Below, one piece after another: positions 35,820-49,049 of a stretch of 64,000 bases of DNA. The first letter of the stretch is position 1. Every line of letters begins with the position of its first letter. The notes beneath the pieces were generated by a model that saw only the letters and a list, made by a program, of their open reading frames with translations, did not search any database and was not told the origin of the DNA. Both the position numbers and the translations under genes were made by a program. Origin of the DNA: Eledone cirrhosa (taxonomy: Eukaryota); contig OZ024741.1 of assembly GCA_964016885.1 (NCBI GenBank), positions 18,166,001 to 18,230,000 of the forward strand. Reading direction: 5' to 3'.

Positions 35820-36046
35820 GAATTGTGGTAAGGAACCAAATGGACCATAACGCACCAGAGTACTCAATACTTAAGGTAGTAGAGTGGGAATAGGAAAAAG
35901 TATGACCCCGACGGCAGAGTTCAAGCCGTTTCGACGGCCATTTCAGGACTACTCTTCTTCTTCTTCTTTTTCTTCTTCTTCTATTTGAGTCCTGAAATAG
36001 CCGTCGAAACGGCTTGAGCTCTGCCGTCGGGGTCATACTTTTCCTC
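35820..36046. repeat. Fold-back dispersed repeat family, copy 2
   Basis: About 58-bp inverted repeat around a (TTC)n spacer. Confidence 0.75.
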
Positions 36047-36052
36047 TCTCTT

Positions 36053-36084
<32 letters not shown>

Positions 36085-36927
36085 AATCACGAACACACAC
36101 ACCCACTTACACCACCCACCCTACACGCAACTAACATCACTGCCCCCCCCCCCCCCAACCCTACGCACACGTACACACCCTCTTACACCACCCACTCTAC
36201 ACACCCTACCACCACTGACCCCCACTCACACCCGCATTCAACCCTTTCTCCACCTCCTGTATACTAACACCCCCTTCACCAAACACACACACCAGTACAC
36301 CACACTCCCTCCATCGACCCCCACACCCTTCTCTCCCCGCTCCACCCACACCCTTTCTCAAACACTCACTCATCCCACTAACACCTCTACTAATACACAC
36401 ACACCCCCTCCTCACTCCCACTGTCATATCTACCCATCCTCTCCCTCTTACCACACACACACCCAAAAATAATTTTTTTTCCCACACGCCACCTACACCC
36501 ACACACACGTGCGTACCACCACATATTTACACATTCAGCCTCCGGATTCCTCTCCCCCCACCCCTCTATCCACACATGCACACACACTCCGACCTACACC
36601 CCGCCCCACTCACACCTCTTCCTGAACATGCAACCTCGTTCTTCCCCCAACCCTTGCTTTCACATACACACACACACACATACACCTACACACACACACC
36701 ACCTTCAGCCCTCCCCGCTCGGACACCCCGTCTCCCTCTCCCCACTCCACCCGCCACCACCCCTACACGCCCCACACCCTTCCACCACCTGTTTTACCCC
36801 ATTTTAATTTTATTTTGATCATGCCTTTATTTTTAATTTCATTTCCACCGTTTCCTCTCACTCCCTTTTTGCTATATGTCTCTCCACCACTCCCCTACAC
36901 ACCGTTTGAACTCTCTTCCCACACACT

Positions 36928-36997
36928 TTTCACCTGAAGAAGGGCTTATGCCCGAAACGTCGTTCCCCACCACCACCCCACTCTCAAGAGCGTGAAA
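36928..36997 (+). ncRNA. Penelope-type minimal hammerhead motif
   Basis: TTTCAC-CTGAAGA-A-GGGC-TTAT-GCCC-GAAA-CGTC. The stem I partner GTGAAA lies about 30 nt downstream, then AATAAA. Preceded by a C/A-rich tract. Confidence 0.6.
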
Positions 36998-37122
36998 TTA
37001 ATAAACATTTGTTGTACTGCCTCTCTGTTTTGTTCCCGTTCAATTTTTCATTATATATATATATATATATATTAGCTTTCTCTCTATCCATGGGGTTAGA
37101 TGTGTCGTGAAAAGTGTCCACA

Positions 37123-37199
37123 TTTGCTGACTGAGGATCCTGTGGCCTGTTATACTACACATATCAGTGGTGAAACGAAGCGAGATTCGTATCAGCAAA
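37123..37199 (+). ncRNA. Type I hammerhead ribozyme with full stem III
   Basis: TTTGCTGA-CTGAGGA-TCC...GGT-GAAA-CGAA-GCGAGA-TTCG-TA-TCAGCAAA: 8-bp stem I, 5-bp stem III, GUA triplet, irregular stem II. Confidence 0.75.
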
Positions 37200-37478
37200 C
37201 TTATAGTTATAAGGTTGGTAATTTAAAACTCTAATTCAGAGATTTGATTCTGACTTAGTTTTTTTCTAATTAATTGCTAAACCTGTAGATATTGTTCTCT
37301 ATACAGTAACGGTAAAACTCACTTGTAATAATTCTTTACACACATCTCACTGTGTAACACACTTCTCTTTGTGTAATATATTTGCATTTGAGCTCAGAAG
37401 AATTCTCTCTATTCTTCTTTGAGCTAATACTGTTATTATTATTACAGTGAACTGCGGAATACTCTTAATTCCGATCTT

Positions 37479-37529
<51 letters not shown>

Positions 37530-38422
37530 TTGCGAGGTTTTTGATATGAAATCGTGTGTCGAAACAAATATTGTTATACTTGGGGAGGGTCATATTTGTG
37601 TAATATTGCCAGAATTAATAACAGAACACACTCACTGATTGGTTGGTTTTCGCTTCTGTGTCCTTTATATCGGTTAATTTAATTTATTCGGTTCTCAATG
37701 TTGCCAATGACTGACCAACGGTCAAAAATACAGATACAATATAGACACAAACACATATATATAGTTTATCAAAGTTCTTTCGTTGCACATCTGCAACATC
37801 GTCAGTGGTGCATCCTCCCGTTGCATTGTATTTTCTATGCCATCTTTATTTAGTCTGTTTATATATTTATTTATTTGTTTATTTTATTTTGTCTTCTTTG
37901 CGCATGCGTTTGCGTGTGTGTATAGTGTTAATGTATTCTATCTTTACTAGTGTGTGTTTATATGTGTTTGTTGTTATTGTGCTTGTATATGTATTTATTT
38001 ATTTATTTATCTATTTATTTATTTATTTATTTATTTATACTTCTCTTAGGTCAGTGTTGTTTGTTTGGGTGTTGTTGTTATTCCATTCATTTTTTCTGTT
38101 TAGCCTTGGCCTTCTAAGTTCTATTTCACTGGCCTCTCTGATTTGCCTATCTGCTGGATCATTTCTATGTTTAGATATTATTCTAATTTCTATGTTGCCT
38201 ATGTTACCGTCGTGTTGTTGTCTGGCATGTTCGTATAGTACTGAACCGTTTTTTTTCGTCCTTTTAGTTCCCCCCAGTGTTGGTCTATCCTTTCACCTAT
38301 GCTACGAGCTGTCTCGCCTATGTATGTTGTTGTCATGTTTCTGCAACATCTTATGTTATAGACTACGTTTCTAGTTTTACAGTTTATCCGGGGGTTTACC
38401 TTACATATAATACATTTCCTAT

Positions 38423-38456
<34 letters not shown>

Positions 38457-38968
38457 AGACTAGAGAAACAGGTGAAGTAGATATTAGATGGTGTACCTAA
38501 ACTGCAGGTGTTAACAGGTGCACATGTTCTTCTACATGCTAAACAATCTACATAGTTTGTCAGGTAGTATGGAAGGAAGTTACTTCTATATTACATCCTG
38601 CTTCCTTTCTTAACTCCACTTTTGAAGAGGTAATGCTGCTGTCGGAGACTAAATACTTTTGTCATTTTTTGAAACTTTATGTTATTTTACTATATATTTA
38701 AATCTTTCTAAACTTCTTCACATCTTGATTCTTCTTCTCCTTGTTGTTGCTGTTGTTGTTATTGCTGTTGTTGCTGCTGTTGTTGCTGTTGTTGATGATG
38801 ATGTTGTTGGTGTTGTGATGATGATGATGTTGTTGTTGTTGTTGTGGTGGTGTTGTTTTGTTTTTATTGTCTTGAAGGTATTGTATAGGAAATTAACTTT
38901 ACCGCTTACGGGGTGTAAAACCATGCACACACATATACACACACACTCACATATATATAAGTATATAA

Positions 38969-39058
<90 letters not shown>

Positions 39059-39092
39059 GTATGTATATATATATATATATATATATACATAC

Positions 39093-39167
<75 letters not shown>

Positions 39168-39294
39168 TTAAAGTGTAAAGAATATATTCACTTATTCATG
39201 CATGCATGTATACAGGCATATTTATATGTATGTATGTTTATATGTGTGTATATATGTAAATATGTATGTATATATGTATGTAAGTATATATATA

Positions 39295-39461
<167 letters not shown>

Positions 39462-40056
39462 CCGTATGAATGTATGTATGTACTTACTTATATATGTATG
39501 TACATACATCTGTATGTATGAATGTATGTATGTATATATATTTATATATATATATGTATATATATGTATTTATATATATCTATGTATGTGTGTATGTATG
39601 TATGTATGTATATACGTACATACGTATGTATGTGTGTATATATGTATGTTTGTAAGTATCTATGTATGTATGTACGCACATACGTATGCATGTATGTTTA
39701 ATCTATGTTTGTATCTATCTATATATATATATGTATATATGTATATATATATATATATATATGTACGTATGTATGTGTGTACATACATATGTATGTATGA
39801 GTCTATGTACATAAAATATTGCTGAAAAAGAAAAATATAACTAAAAAAACAATCGTGACAAGATGACTGAATCGATCGTCTGCTGATTTGTCATGTGAAA
39901 AATTGAACGTTTTCCTTGTTTATTTAGCTTCAAGTGTAGTGATTTAACAGTCATTAGCTACTGTTGTTTTTTAATTTAGAAACTCCCAAAGCACATCTCC
40001 TTCTCTCTGATTTTTTTAAATTTCTCTCTGACAGGATCATATTCTCTCTTTTCCTG

Positions 40057-40152
<96 letters not shown>

Positions 40153-40175
40153 AACACACATATATATAGACACAT

Positions 40176-40285
40176 AAAAAAGAGCGATGAAGTTTCGTTT
40201 ACATTTATTTAGATTGTTATTGTGTACAGGTCGATACACAATAACAATCTAAATACATTGTAAACGAAACTTCATTGCTCTTTTT
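40176..40285. repeat. Palindrome with approximately 50-bp arms
   Basis: AAAAAGAGCGATGAAGTTTCGTTTACA..TGTGTA / TACACA..TGTAAACGAAACTTCATTGCTCTTTTT with an 8-nt loop. Confidence 0.85.
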
Positions 40286-40320
40286 AATATATACACTCTG
40301 CCAGTGCATAGAGTGTTTGG

Positions 40321-40359
<39 letters not shown>

Positions 40360-40642
40360 TATGTACACGTACATACATATATGTATACAACGATGGTTGG
40401 TGGACACTACGGCTTAATTCGGGATGTTTGTTTACAAACACACCAAGCATTATAATAAATGTTCGGTGAATCCATACGTACATATATATATGTGTGCATG
40501 TATGTATATATATATATACATACTACTGTACGTCTGTATACATATATGTATGTACGTGTACATACTTATATTTAAGTAACAGCCGTACTAAGAGTGGGAA
40601 ATGAAATTTCGTTTCATTTTTTCCGTTTATATATATATATAT

Positions 40643-40850
40643 AAAAGGTTCAGGACCCCGACGGCAAAGCTCAAGCCGTTTCGACAGGTATATCTGGAGT
40701 AAATTAAAGATTTAATTTTGTCCAGATATAGCCGTCGAAACTGCTTGAGCTCTGCCGGCGGGATCCTGAACATTTTCCTGTTACCCACTCTACTACCCAA
40801 AGTATCGAGTACTCTGGTGCGTTATGGTCCACCTGGTTCCTTACCTCACC
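40643..40850. repeat. Fold-back dispersed repeat family, copy 3
   Basis: Inverted arms around an AT-rich spacer, inserted in (TA)n. Confidence 0.75.
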
Positions 40851-40857
40851 TCCTTCG

Positions 40858-40895
<38 letters not shown>

Positions 40896-41128
40896 GTAGT
40901 AACACAACAGTTAGTTCACCATACCGAGAACAATTGTTTCACCTTGTGCAGATCTTCAGTTCGGACTTTGTCCTCACAAATAAGGGGACGTCTTGTGGCA
41001 GATATGTGATACACATTATGCGTACTTTTAGTGAATCACAGTTTGAGTTACAACAAGACTAAGAGTGTAGTATCTTCACGGGTGTACAATGCATTAGTTT
41101 TCTCCCTCTTGTCAGTAGTAAATATAAC

Positions 41129-41303
41129 TGTTTCTACTTTTGGCACAAGGCTAGTGCATTACTGGTACTTTATTTTATCGACCCCGTAAGGATGAAAGGC
41201 AAAGTTAACCTAGGCGGGATTTGAACTCAGAATGGCAAGGGCCGTAACTCTATGCATCAAAGCATGGCGTCCAACCCTCTACCGATACTGCCAATTCACC
41301 GCC
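41129..41303 (-). mobile_element. Full-length SINE family 1 with 16-bp target-site duplication
   Basis: TSD CAGTAGTAAATATAAC at 41113-41128 and 41304-41319. Confidence 0.9.
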
Positions 41304-41332
41304 CAGTAGTAAATATAACATACTTTGATATG

Positions 41333-41468
41333 TGTCCGAGCTGAAGATCCGCATAAGGTGAAACAATTATTCTAGGTATGGTGAACTAACTGTTGTGTTA
41401 CTACTTCTACCAAACTCGTCACATGGACTGAGTGCTGTACCACTACCGATATTACCTTCCAGTGTTCT
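41333..41468 (+). mobile_element. Penelope-like terminal-repeat fragment with degenerate hammerhead
   Basis: Reverse complement of 436-564, containing CCGAG-CTGAAGA..GAAA-CAATT. Confidence 0.55.
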
Positions 41469-41499
41469 ACCCCTCTCTCTCTATATATATATATATATG

Positions 41500-41695
41500 A
41501 AGTGTGGTAAGGAACCAGGTGGACCATAACAGACCAGAGTACTCGATACTTTGTGTTTTAGAGTGGGTAATAGGAAAAAGTCAAAACCCCGACGGCAGAG
41601 CTCAGACCTTTTCGGCGGCTATTTCTGGACTGAAATCCAGAAATAGCTGTCGAAACGGCTTGAGCTCTGCCGTCGGGGTTCTGACCTTTTTCATC
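41500..41695. repeat. Fold-back dispersed repeat family, copy 4
   Basis: Inverted arms separated only by CTGAAA, inserted in (TA)n. Confidence 0.75.
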
Positions 41696-41869
41696 TCGTA
41701 TATATATATATATATATATGCGTTGCTGAGATCGAGGAGACCAACAATCAGTGGCGTACTCTAAGCATGGGTTGAAGCACCGTCCGTATAGAGGAGGGTA
41801 ACAATCCGACTCCGACACCCAACGATCAAGTAATAGGTATGGCACTAACTGAAAGGCACCTGGCAACTA

Positions 41870-43625
41870 ACATAGCTGATGTGGAAATACACATATGAAA
41901 GTATGTTATATTTACTACTAACAAGGAGAAAACTAATGGTGGAGTTTCATTGTACACTCTTAGTCTTGTAACTCAAACTGTGATTCACTAAAAGTACCCA
42001 TAAATCAACTCATAGTGGTAATGTGTATCACATATTGGCCATAAGACGTCCCCTTATTTGTGAGGACAAAGATAGCCGCAGAAAAATAGAAATACTAACC
42101 AAACTAGATCAGGGTCTCAACATACTTCGTTTGGGAGACTTCAACCTCCCCAATGTCAAATGGCCTGAAGGCCACCTACTCTAAGGAATAACCGCAAATG
42201 AACAAAGACGGACAAATTCGCTTCTTGATCTTACAAACATGGAACAAATGGTACCACATCCAGTAAGAGGTGAGAACCAACTAGATCTTTGTTTTATAAA
42301 TAACACGGCGTTATCCACAATGTAAAGGTGACATCGACGATTTATCCGGACCATAACATAGCAGAACTAACAGTATAGGGTCCGAGAAAGACTGGATATG
42401 CAACTTACAAGAAGCATCCGGACTCTATCCAGCTTAAACTTCCACAAAGCTGACTGAAAAATGATTGAGGAAGAGATCCTGAAGCAACACTGGACCAACT
42501 GTCTCTCTATGCAAGAAGTCATCATCAAACTTGAGCATTTCATGACAATAGAAAACTAAATTTGCTCCAGAAAGAGAGGCCAACAAACACAAGAGACAGA
42601 AAAATCTTAATGAGATGAAGAAGGAAGGTTTTAAATCAGCTAAATATACAAATAAACACAAAAAGGAATCCCATTTGAAACTGGGCTTGTTTGAAATTGA
42701 AACTGAACTGAGATTCTCCCATGAAAAGGTCAGGAGAGAAAAAGAAACCAGGGCTATAGAAAATATACAAACAAACCCCTAGGCCTTCTTTAATTTCGCA
42801 AAATAGACCGCCTCAGTACACTACAGAATAGGGCCACTTTTCAGTAAAAGCGGCTCACTGACCACCGACCACCAAGAGATAAGTGAGGCACCGAACGAGC
42901 AACACAAAAGTATTTTCACACCCAACAATGAAGCAAATGCAAATGAATAAGCCAGATTAGTTGTTTGACACTACAGCTCTACACAGAGAAATAGCAACCA
43001 TCAACTACATAGATGTAAATGAGGGAGATATCAACTAGAGATGAAATGACACCAAATTAGGCGACAGGCCCTGATGGATTATCAACAATCCTCCTTAAGA
43101 AATGCAAAAGGACCTTAGTAAAACCACAACAGATCCTCTGCCAAAGGTCCCTCACAAGTGGTAAACTACCTAGAAAGCTAAAGGAACACATAATATATCC
43201 TATACATAAAGGAGGGAGCAGATAAGAGGTTTAAAACTACAGACCTGTTTCCCTGACCTTATATATCAGCATCGTCATGGAACGAATTGTCAGAAGGAAA
43301 CTGATCGCGTTCCTAGAGGAGAATGACCAGCTAACTGACACCCAGCAGGGCTTTCACCCGGGAAGAAGCTGCCTTACACAGCTCTTACAATAGTATGACT
43401 GGATACTGACTGAAACGGATGCTAGACCGTTCAAACGTGGATGTGATATATCCTGACGTTGCAAATGTCTTCGACAATGTTGATGAAGGAATGTCTCAAA
43501 CTTTGTAGTGTCTAATAGAGTGGCTTCATGACTTCTTAAAAGACAGAAGTCAGACTGTTGTAGTCAATGGGGCCCTCTCAAATGAAACATTAATAATAGA
43601 TGGGGTGCCCCAGAGAACTGTCGTG
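41870..43625 (+). pseudogene. Degenerate CR1-like LINE ORF2 (endonuclease and RT)
   Basis: Read by eye, in order: GDFNLPNVKW, LDLCF, DHN, GPDG, NYRPVSLT, QQGFHPGRSCLTQLL, DVIY.D.A..FD.VD, GVPQ. Many stops and frameshifts. Confidence 0.8.
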
Positions 43626-44003
43626 TTTCCAGTGCTACAGAGGTTATTTCTATATGAATGGGTTTCAGAAGCGGAACAGATGGGAGCTACATTTCAATAA
43701 AATACTCAATATATTACTAGAGATGTTACGTGTTTATATCATTGAAATGACTTCTGTATGACTAGAACTACTTCACTTGTTTGAAACCATCACCAACAAT
43801 ACATGCCACTCCATATACGAAATGTATCTACACACAAAAACATTTATGTATGTTAACACGCATGACCGGTAACATATCAACGGATATTTACATGTCGTTT
43901 GGATTTTTATGTGATGAGAACACGTAGCGCAGTTGTTATACGACTGCTTTACGTCTTTGAAAGACGTATAACAAAATAAATAGGGATGTACAAATGAAAC
44001 AGT

Positions 44004-44618
44004 CTTGTTTATTATTATAATTGTTTCTAATTTTGGCACAAGGCCAGCAATTACCCAGTGCATTACTGGTACTTTATTTTATCGACTCCGTAAGGATGAA
44101 AGGCAAAGTGAACCTCGGCGGGATTTGAACCCAGACCGTAACTATGCTAGAAAGCATGGCGTCTGACTCTCTACCGATACTGCCAATCCCCCGCCCTAGC
44201 ATGGCGTCTGACTCTCTACCGATACTGCCAATCCCCCGCCCTAGCATGGCGTCTGACTCTCTACCGATACTGCCAATCCCCCGCCCTAGCATGGCGTCTG
44301 ACTCTCTACCGATACTGCCAATCCACCGCCCTAGCATGGCGTCAGACCCTCTACCGATACTGCCAATCCCCCGCCCTAGCATGGCGTCTGACTCTCTACC
44401 GATACTGCCAATCCACCGCCCTAACATGGCGTCTGACTCTCTACCGATACTGCCAATCCACCGCCCTAGCATGGCGTCTGACTCTCTACCGATACTGCCA
44501 ATCCCCCGCCCTAGCATGGCGTCTGACTCTCTACCGATACTGCCAATCCACCGCCCTAGCATGGCGTCTGACTCTCTACCGATACTGCCAATCCACGGCC
44601 CTTGTTTATTATTATAAT
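44004..44618 (-). mobile_element. SINE family 1 with ten tandem 45-bp heads inside an 18-bp TSD
   Basis: Direct repeat CTTGTTTATTATTATAAT at 44004-44021 and 44601-44618. Ten units at about 44154-44600. Confidence 0.92.
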
Positions 44619-44805
44619 AAAACTCCCGATGAACAAAAACCGTTGAGTGCTTTACATCTATTAAGAAAAAGCCGGCAGATTTTCAATCCAACCTTCTTCG
44701 ATTGAATATATATATGTGTAGAAATATCCACGACCCCAGCAGACAACTGATGAAGGGACATTTTCTCCCGTTCGTATTTTCCTCTTATTTATAAGTACAC
44801 ATCAA

Positions 44806-44857
<52 letters not shown>

Positions 44858-44922
44858 GTATATATATAATTTGCATTCGTTAGCTTAGCCGCAACCTAAA
44901 GCTTCGTTAATGAAGTACTAAA

Positions 44923-44997
<75 letters not shown>

Positions 44998-45319
44998 CAA
45001 CATTAATTAAACATACATAATAATATATATACATGTTTGTGTATGTTCGAATGGAATGTGTCTTTGTGCATGTAATATATGCGTATGTGTGGGTGTGTGT
45101 GGGTGTGGGTGTGTGTGTGTGTGAGTCTGCGTGCGCCCGTGTGTGTGTAGCATGATTAATCTGTTTATCATATACGTCATCGGGAAACTAAGATTGTTGT
45201 ATATATAGACTCATACACACACAGACATGCATGTACAGACACACACACACTCACACATACATGCACACTGAAACACACACAAGCCCCATACATATGTGTG
45301 TGAATGTGTGATTGATATG

Positions 45320-45372
<53 letters not shown>

Positions 45373-45517
45373 GTGTATGTGTGTGTGATGGATATGTATG
45401 TATGTGTGTATATATATATGTATATATATATATACGTGTGTGTCTGTGTCTGTGTGTAATGTATATGTATGTATATATACATATACGTGTGTATGCGTGA
45501 TGGATATGTATATATGT

Positions 45518-45626
<109 letters not shown>

Positions 45627-46197
45627 CATACACATTATACTTGTGTGTGTATATATAGTATACATAAACATTTGCGTTGCCCTATCTTTAACACTCTGTA
45701 ATTTAACAAATCTATTTCTCACAGCTGAGAAAATATTATGTAAAGCGATTATTTTAAATTTTAAATTAATGTTCACGTCTCTGTGTATTTTCTTAATTTA
45801 TTATTCCTGTTGTTTTTGTTGTTTTTATTATTATTGTTTTTAGTTGTGTGTTCATTATATTTTAATATCTTCCTCTTAATTCCGTACATATTAAGTATGT
45901 TTTATTGTCCAGTTTACTGTACAGTCTCGCCTTTTGTAAAAATATTATTATTTTTATTTAAGAAATTTTTAATTTACAAATGTAACAATTTAAAAATTAT
46001 AGTAAAAGCATAAATTTGTGTATTTATCTATCTATCTATCTATCTCAATATATATATATATATAGAGAGAGAGAGGGGGAGATAGAGGGAGACAGAGAGA
46101 GAGCGAGAGCGAGAGAGAGAGAGAGATACAAACATAGGATTATGCTTTTACTTTTATTTTTAAAGTGTTACATTTTAAAAAATATATTTTAGGTAAT

Positions 46198-46365
46198 AAC
46201 TAACAGAATAGCCCGGCGTTGCTCGGGATTTTCTCTAGGGTTCTTATATATTTGATATATATTTATCCTTATCGAGCCTCGTGAAATAAATATGTTTGGT
46301 TATATTTTGTTATTGTGTATGCAAAAATATCTGTACACGAATATATAATTATATATATATATATA

Positions 46366-46438
<73 letters not shown>

Positions 46439-46471
46439 GTTACTCACTATATATATATATATAAACGTTAC

Positions 46472-46538
<67 letters not shown>

Positions 46539-46896
46539 TAAAATAACAGATTAAAGTTTAAGCAAAGAATCGCTGCTTTCACCCTTTCACACTATATATA
46601 TATACATATATACATATATACACTCACACACACACAGCTACGTCATATTGTCGTAATGCAGACAGCCAGACATACAGACAAGCAACATTATATCTATATG
46701 TATCTATCTAAAAAGAAAGACTAAGAATTATAGAGAGAGATGGCTAAATCGCCTAATGCGGTCCCTAGGGCATTGAAAATTTGAAATTCTTTGTGCTCAA
46801 AACACTCATAGGACCATAAGTATTACATGTGTAAAGTTTGAAAACAATCGGTTGGGTGGTTCTCGAGTTTTAGGGAGTCAGACAGACAAACATTCT
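46198..46896 (+). mobile_element. Non-autonomous Helitron/Helentron-associated (DINE/Lep1-like) element
   Basis: 5' ACTAACAGAATAGCCCGGCGTTGCTCGGG hairpin and 3' TGTGTAAAGTTTGAAAACAATCGG...CAGACAGACAAACATT pattern, recognised from memory of such families. Confidence 0.5.
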
Positions 46897-47062
46897 CTGG
46901 TACTTTATTTTATCTGGTACTTTATTTTATCTGGTACTTTATTTTATCGACCCCCATAAGGATGAAAGCAAAGTCAACCTCGACGGGATTTGAACTCAGA
47001 TCGTAAAGGGACGTAACTATGCTGGAAAGCATGGCATCCGACCCTCTACCGATACTGCCAGA
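46897..47062 (-). mobile_element. SINE family 1 fragment with a 17-bp triplication
   Basis: CTGGTACTTTATTTTAT three times at 46897-46947, then SINE body and head. Confidence 0.8.
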
Positions 47063-47415
47063 TAATAATATTTGACCATGTGTGTGTATATATATGTGTG
47101 TGTCTCTCGCTCACTCTCCCTCTCTCTCTATATATATATATATATGTGTCTCTCTCTCTCACTCTCTCTCTCTCTATATATATAGGTGTGTCTCTCTCTC
47201 TCTCTCTCTCTCACTCTCTCTCTATATATATGTGTGTCACTCGCTCTCTCACTCACACTCTCTCTATATATATATGTGTGTGTGTGTGAGTATTTATTCA
47301 CTAATCCCGTTTGCTCACAATTATTCAATAAATATAATTTGAACATATATCGAGCAAAACTTGTCTCAAAGTGATAACCAAGTCAATATTCGTGTATGTT
47401 CATGTGTCAATTGTA

Positions 47416-47484
<69 letters not shown>

Positions 47485-47724
47485 GGAGGAGAAAGCACGT
47501 TCTTCAAGACTTGGCTGTCAAATTCTTTCACATGTGTGTAGTAGTGGCGCCCACACACATTATTAGCTATTTGAAAAGATGATGGATTTCGCAACTAACT
47601 GCACCAGGGTTCCTGTTCCTCAGGGGACAGGGAATTCTGGGACATGAGAGTGAGATCCATCATCTCGACAGTAGTCGACGAATGATGATGATGATGATAT
47701 ATATGTGTATATATATATATATAT

Positions 47725-49049
47725 AACAATTAAGTCAAAGATGTACATCCATATATGTATACTGAAATACTAGTATGTATATGAATACACACACGTATAC
47801 ATATGTAGATGTACCAAGTTTTTTTCACTGATCACTTTACTGTGAGTGGCCAGCTATTCTGTATGTAAACACACAGACAAACCGGTTTTTAGAGTCATAC
47901 TGGTTTTTGAGGAAACACCTTTCCTCTATTCTCCAGAAAGCCAGACAAGGAATATTGAACTAGTTTCGTTGTTGTTACAACTCATCAGCAATATTTACCT
48001 ATCTTCCGGCCTCTCTAGAGAATCGTAAAAGCACATATCGCTATATGCTTTTTCTATGAAAATTAGTAGTGGGCAGACCAACCTGCATAGAGTGTGAGTA
48101 AGTACCGGTTCAACGGAGACGATAAAAACAAATAACGAAACGAAATTAAATTTCGTTTCGTTTGTAACTCACTTTTGTATGACTGACGCTCAAACAATTA
48201 AGTCAAAGATGTACATCCATATATGTATACTGAAATACTAGTATGTATATGAATACACACACGTATACATATGTAGATGTACCAAGTTTTTTTTTCACTG
48301 ATCACTTTACTGTGAGTGGCCAGCTATTCTGTATGTAAACACACAGACAAACCGGTTTTTAGAGTCATACTGGTTTTTGAGGAAACACCTTTCCTCTATT
48401 CTCCAGAAAGCCAGACAAGGAATATTGAACTAGTTTCGTTGTTGTTACAACTCATCAGCAATATTTACCTATCTTCCGGCCTCTCTAGAGAATCGTAAAA
48501 GCACATATCGCTATATGCTTTTTCTATGAAAATTAGTAGTGGGCAGACCAACCTGCATAGAGTGTGAGTAAGTACCGGTTCAACGGAGACGATAAAAACA
48601 AATAACGAAACGAAATTAAATTTCGTTTCGTTTGTAACTCACTTTTGTATGACTGACGCTCAAACAATTAAGTCAAAGATGTACATCCATATATGTATAC
48701 TGAAATACTAGTATGTATATGAATACACACACGTATACATATGTAGATGTACCAAGTTTTTTTTCACTGATCACTTTACTGTGAGTGGCCAGCTATTCTG
48801 TATGTAAACACACAGACAAACCGGTTTTTAGAGTCATACTGGTTTTTGAGGAAACACCTTTCCTCTATTCTCCAGAAAGCCAGACAAGGAATATTGAACT
48901 AGTTTCGTTGTTGTTACAACTCATCAGCAATATTTACCTATCTTCCGGCCTCTCTAGAGAATCGTAAAAGCACATATCGCTATATGCTTTTTCTATGAAA
49001 ATTAGTAGTGGGCAGACCAACCTGCATAGAGTGTGAGTAAGTACCGGTT
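47725..49049 (-). mobile_element. Hammerhead-ribozyme tandem array, left arm (about 2.8 units of 469 bp)
   Basis: Ribozymes on the minus strand at 47951-47995, 48421-48465 and 48890-48934. Confidence 0.9.

Noticed and set aside
44745-44775. CTGATGA-A-GGGA...TCCC-G motif
   Set aside because: GAAA and stem I are missing.
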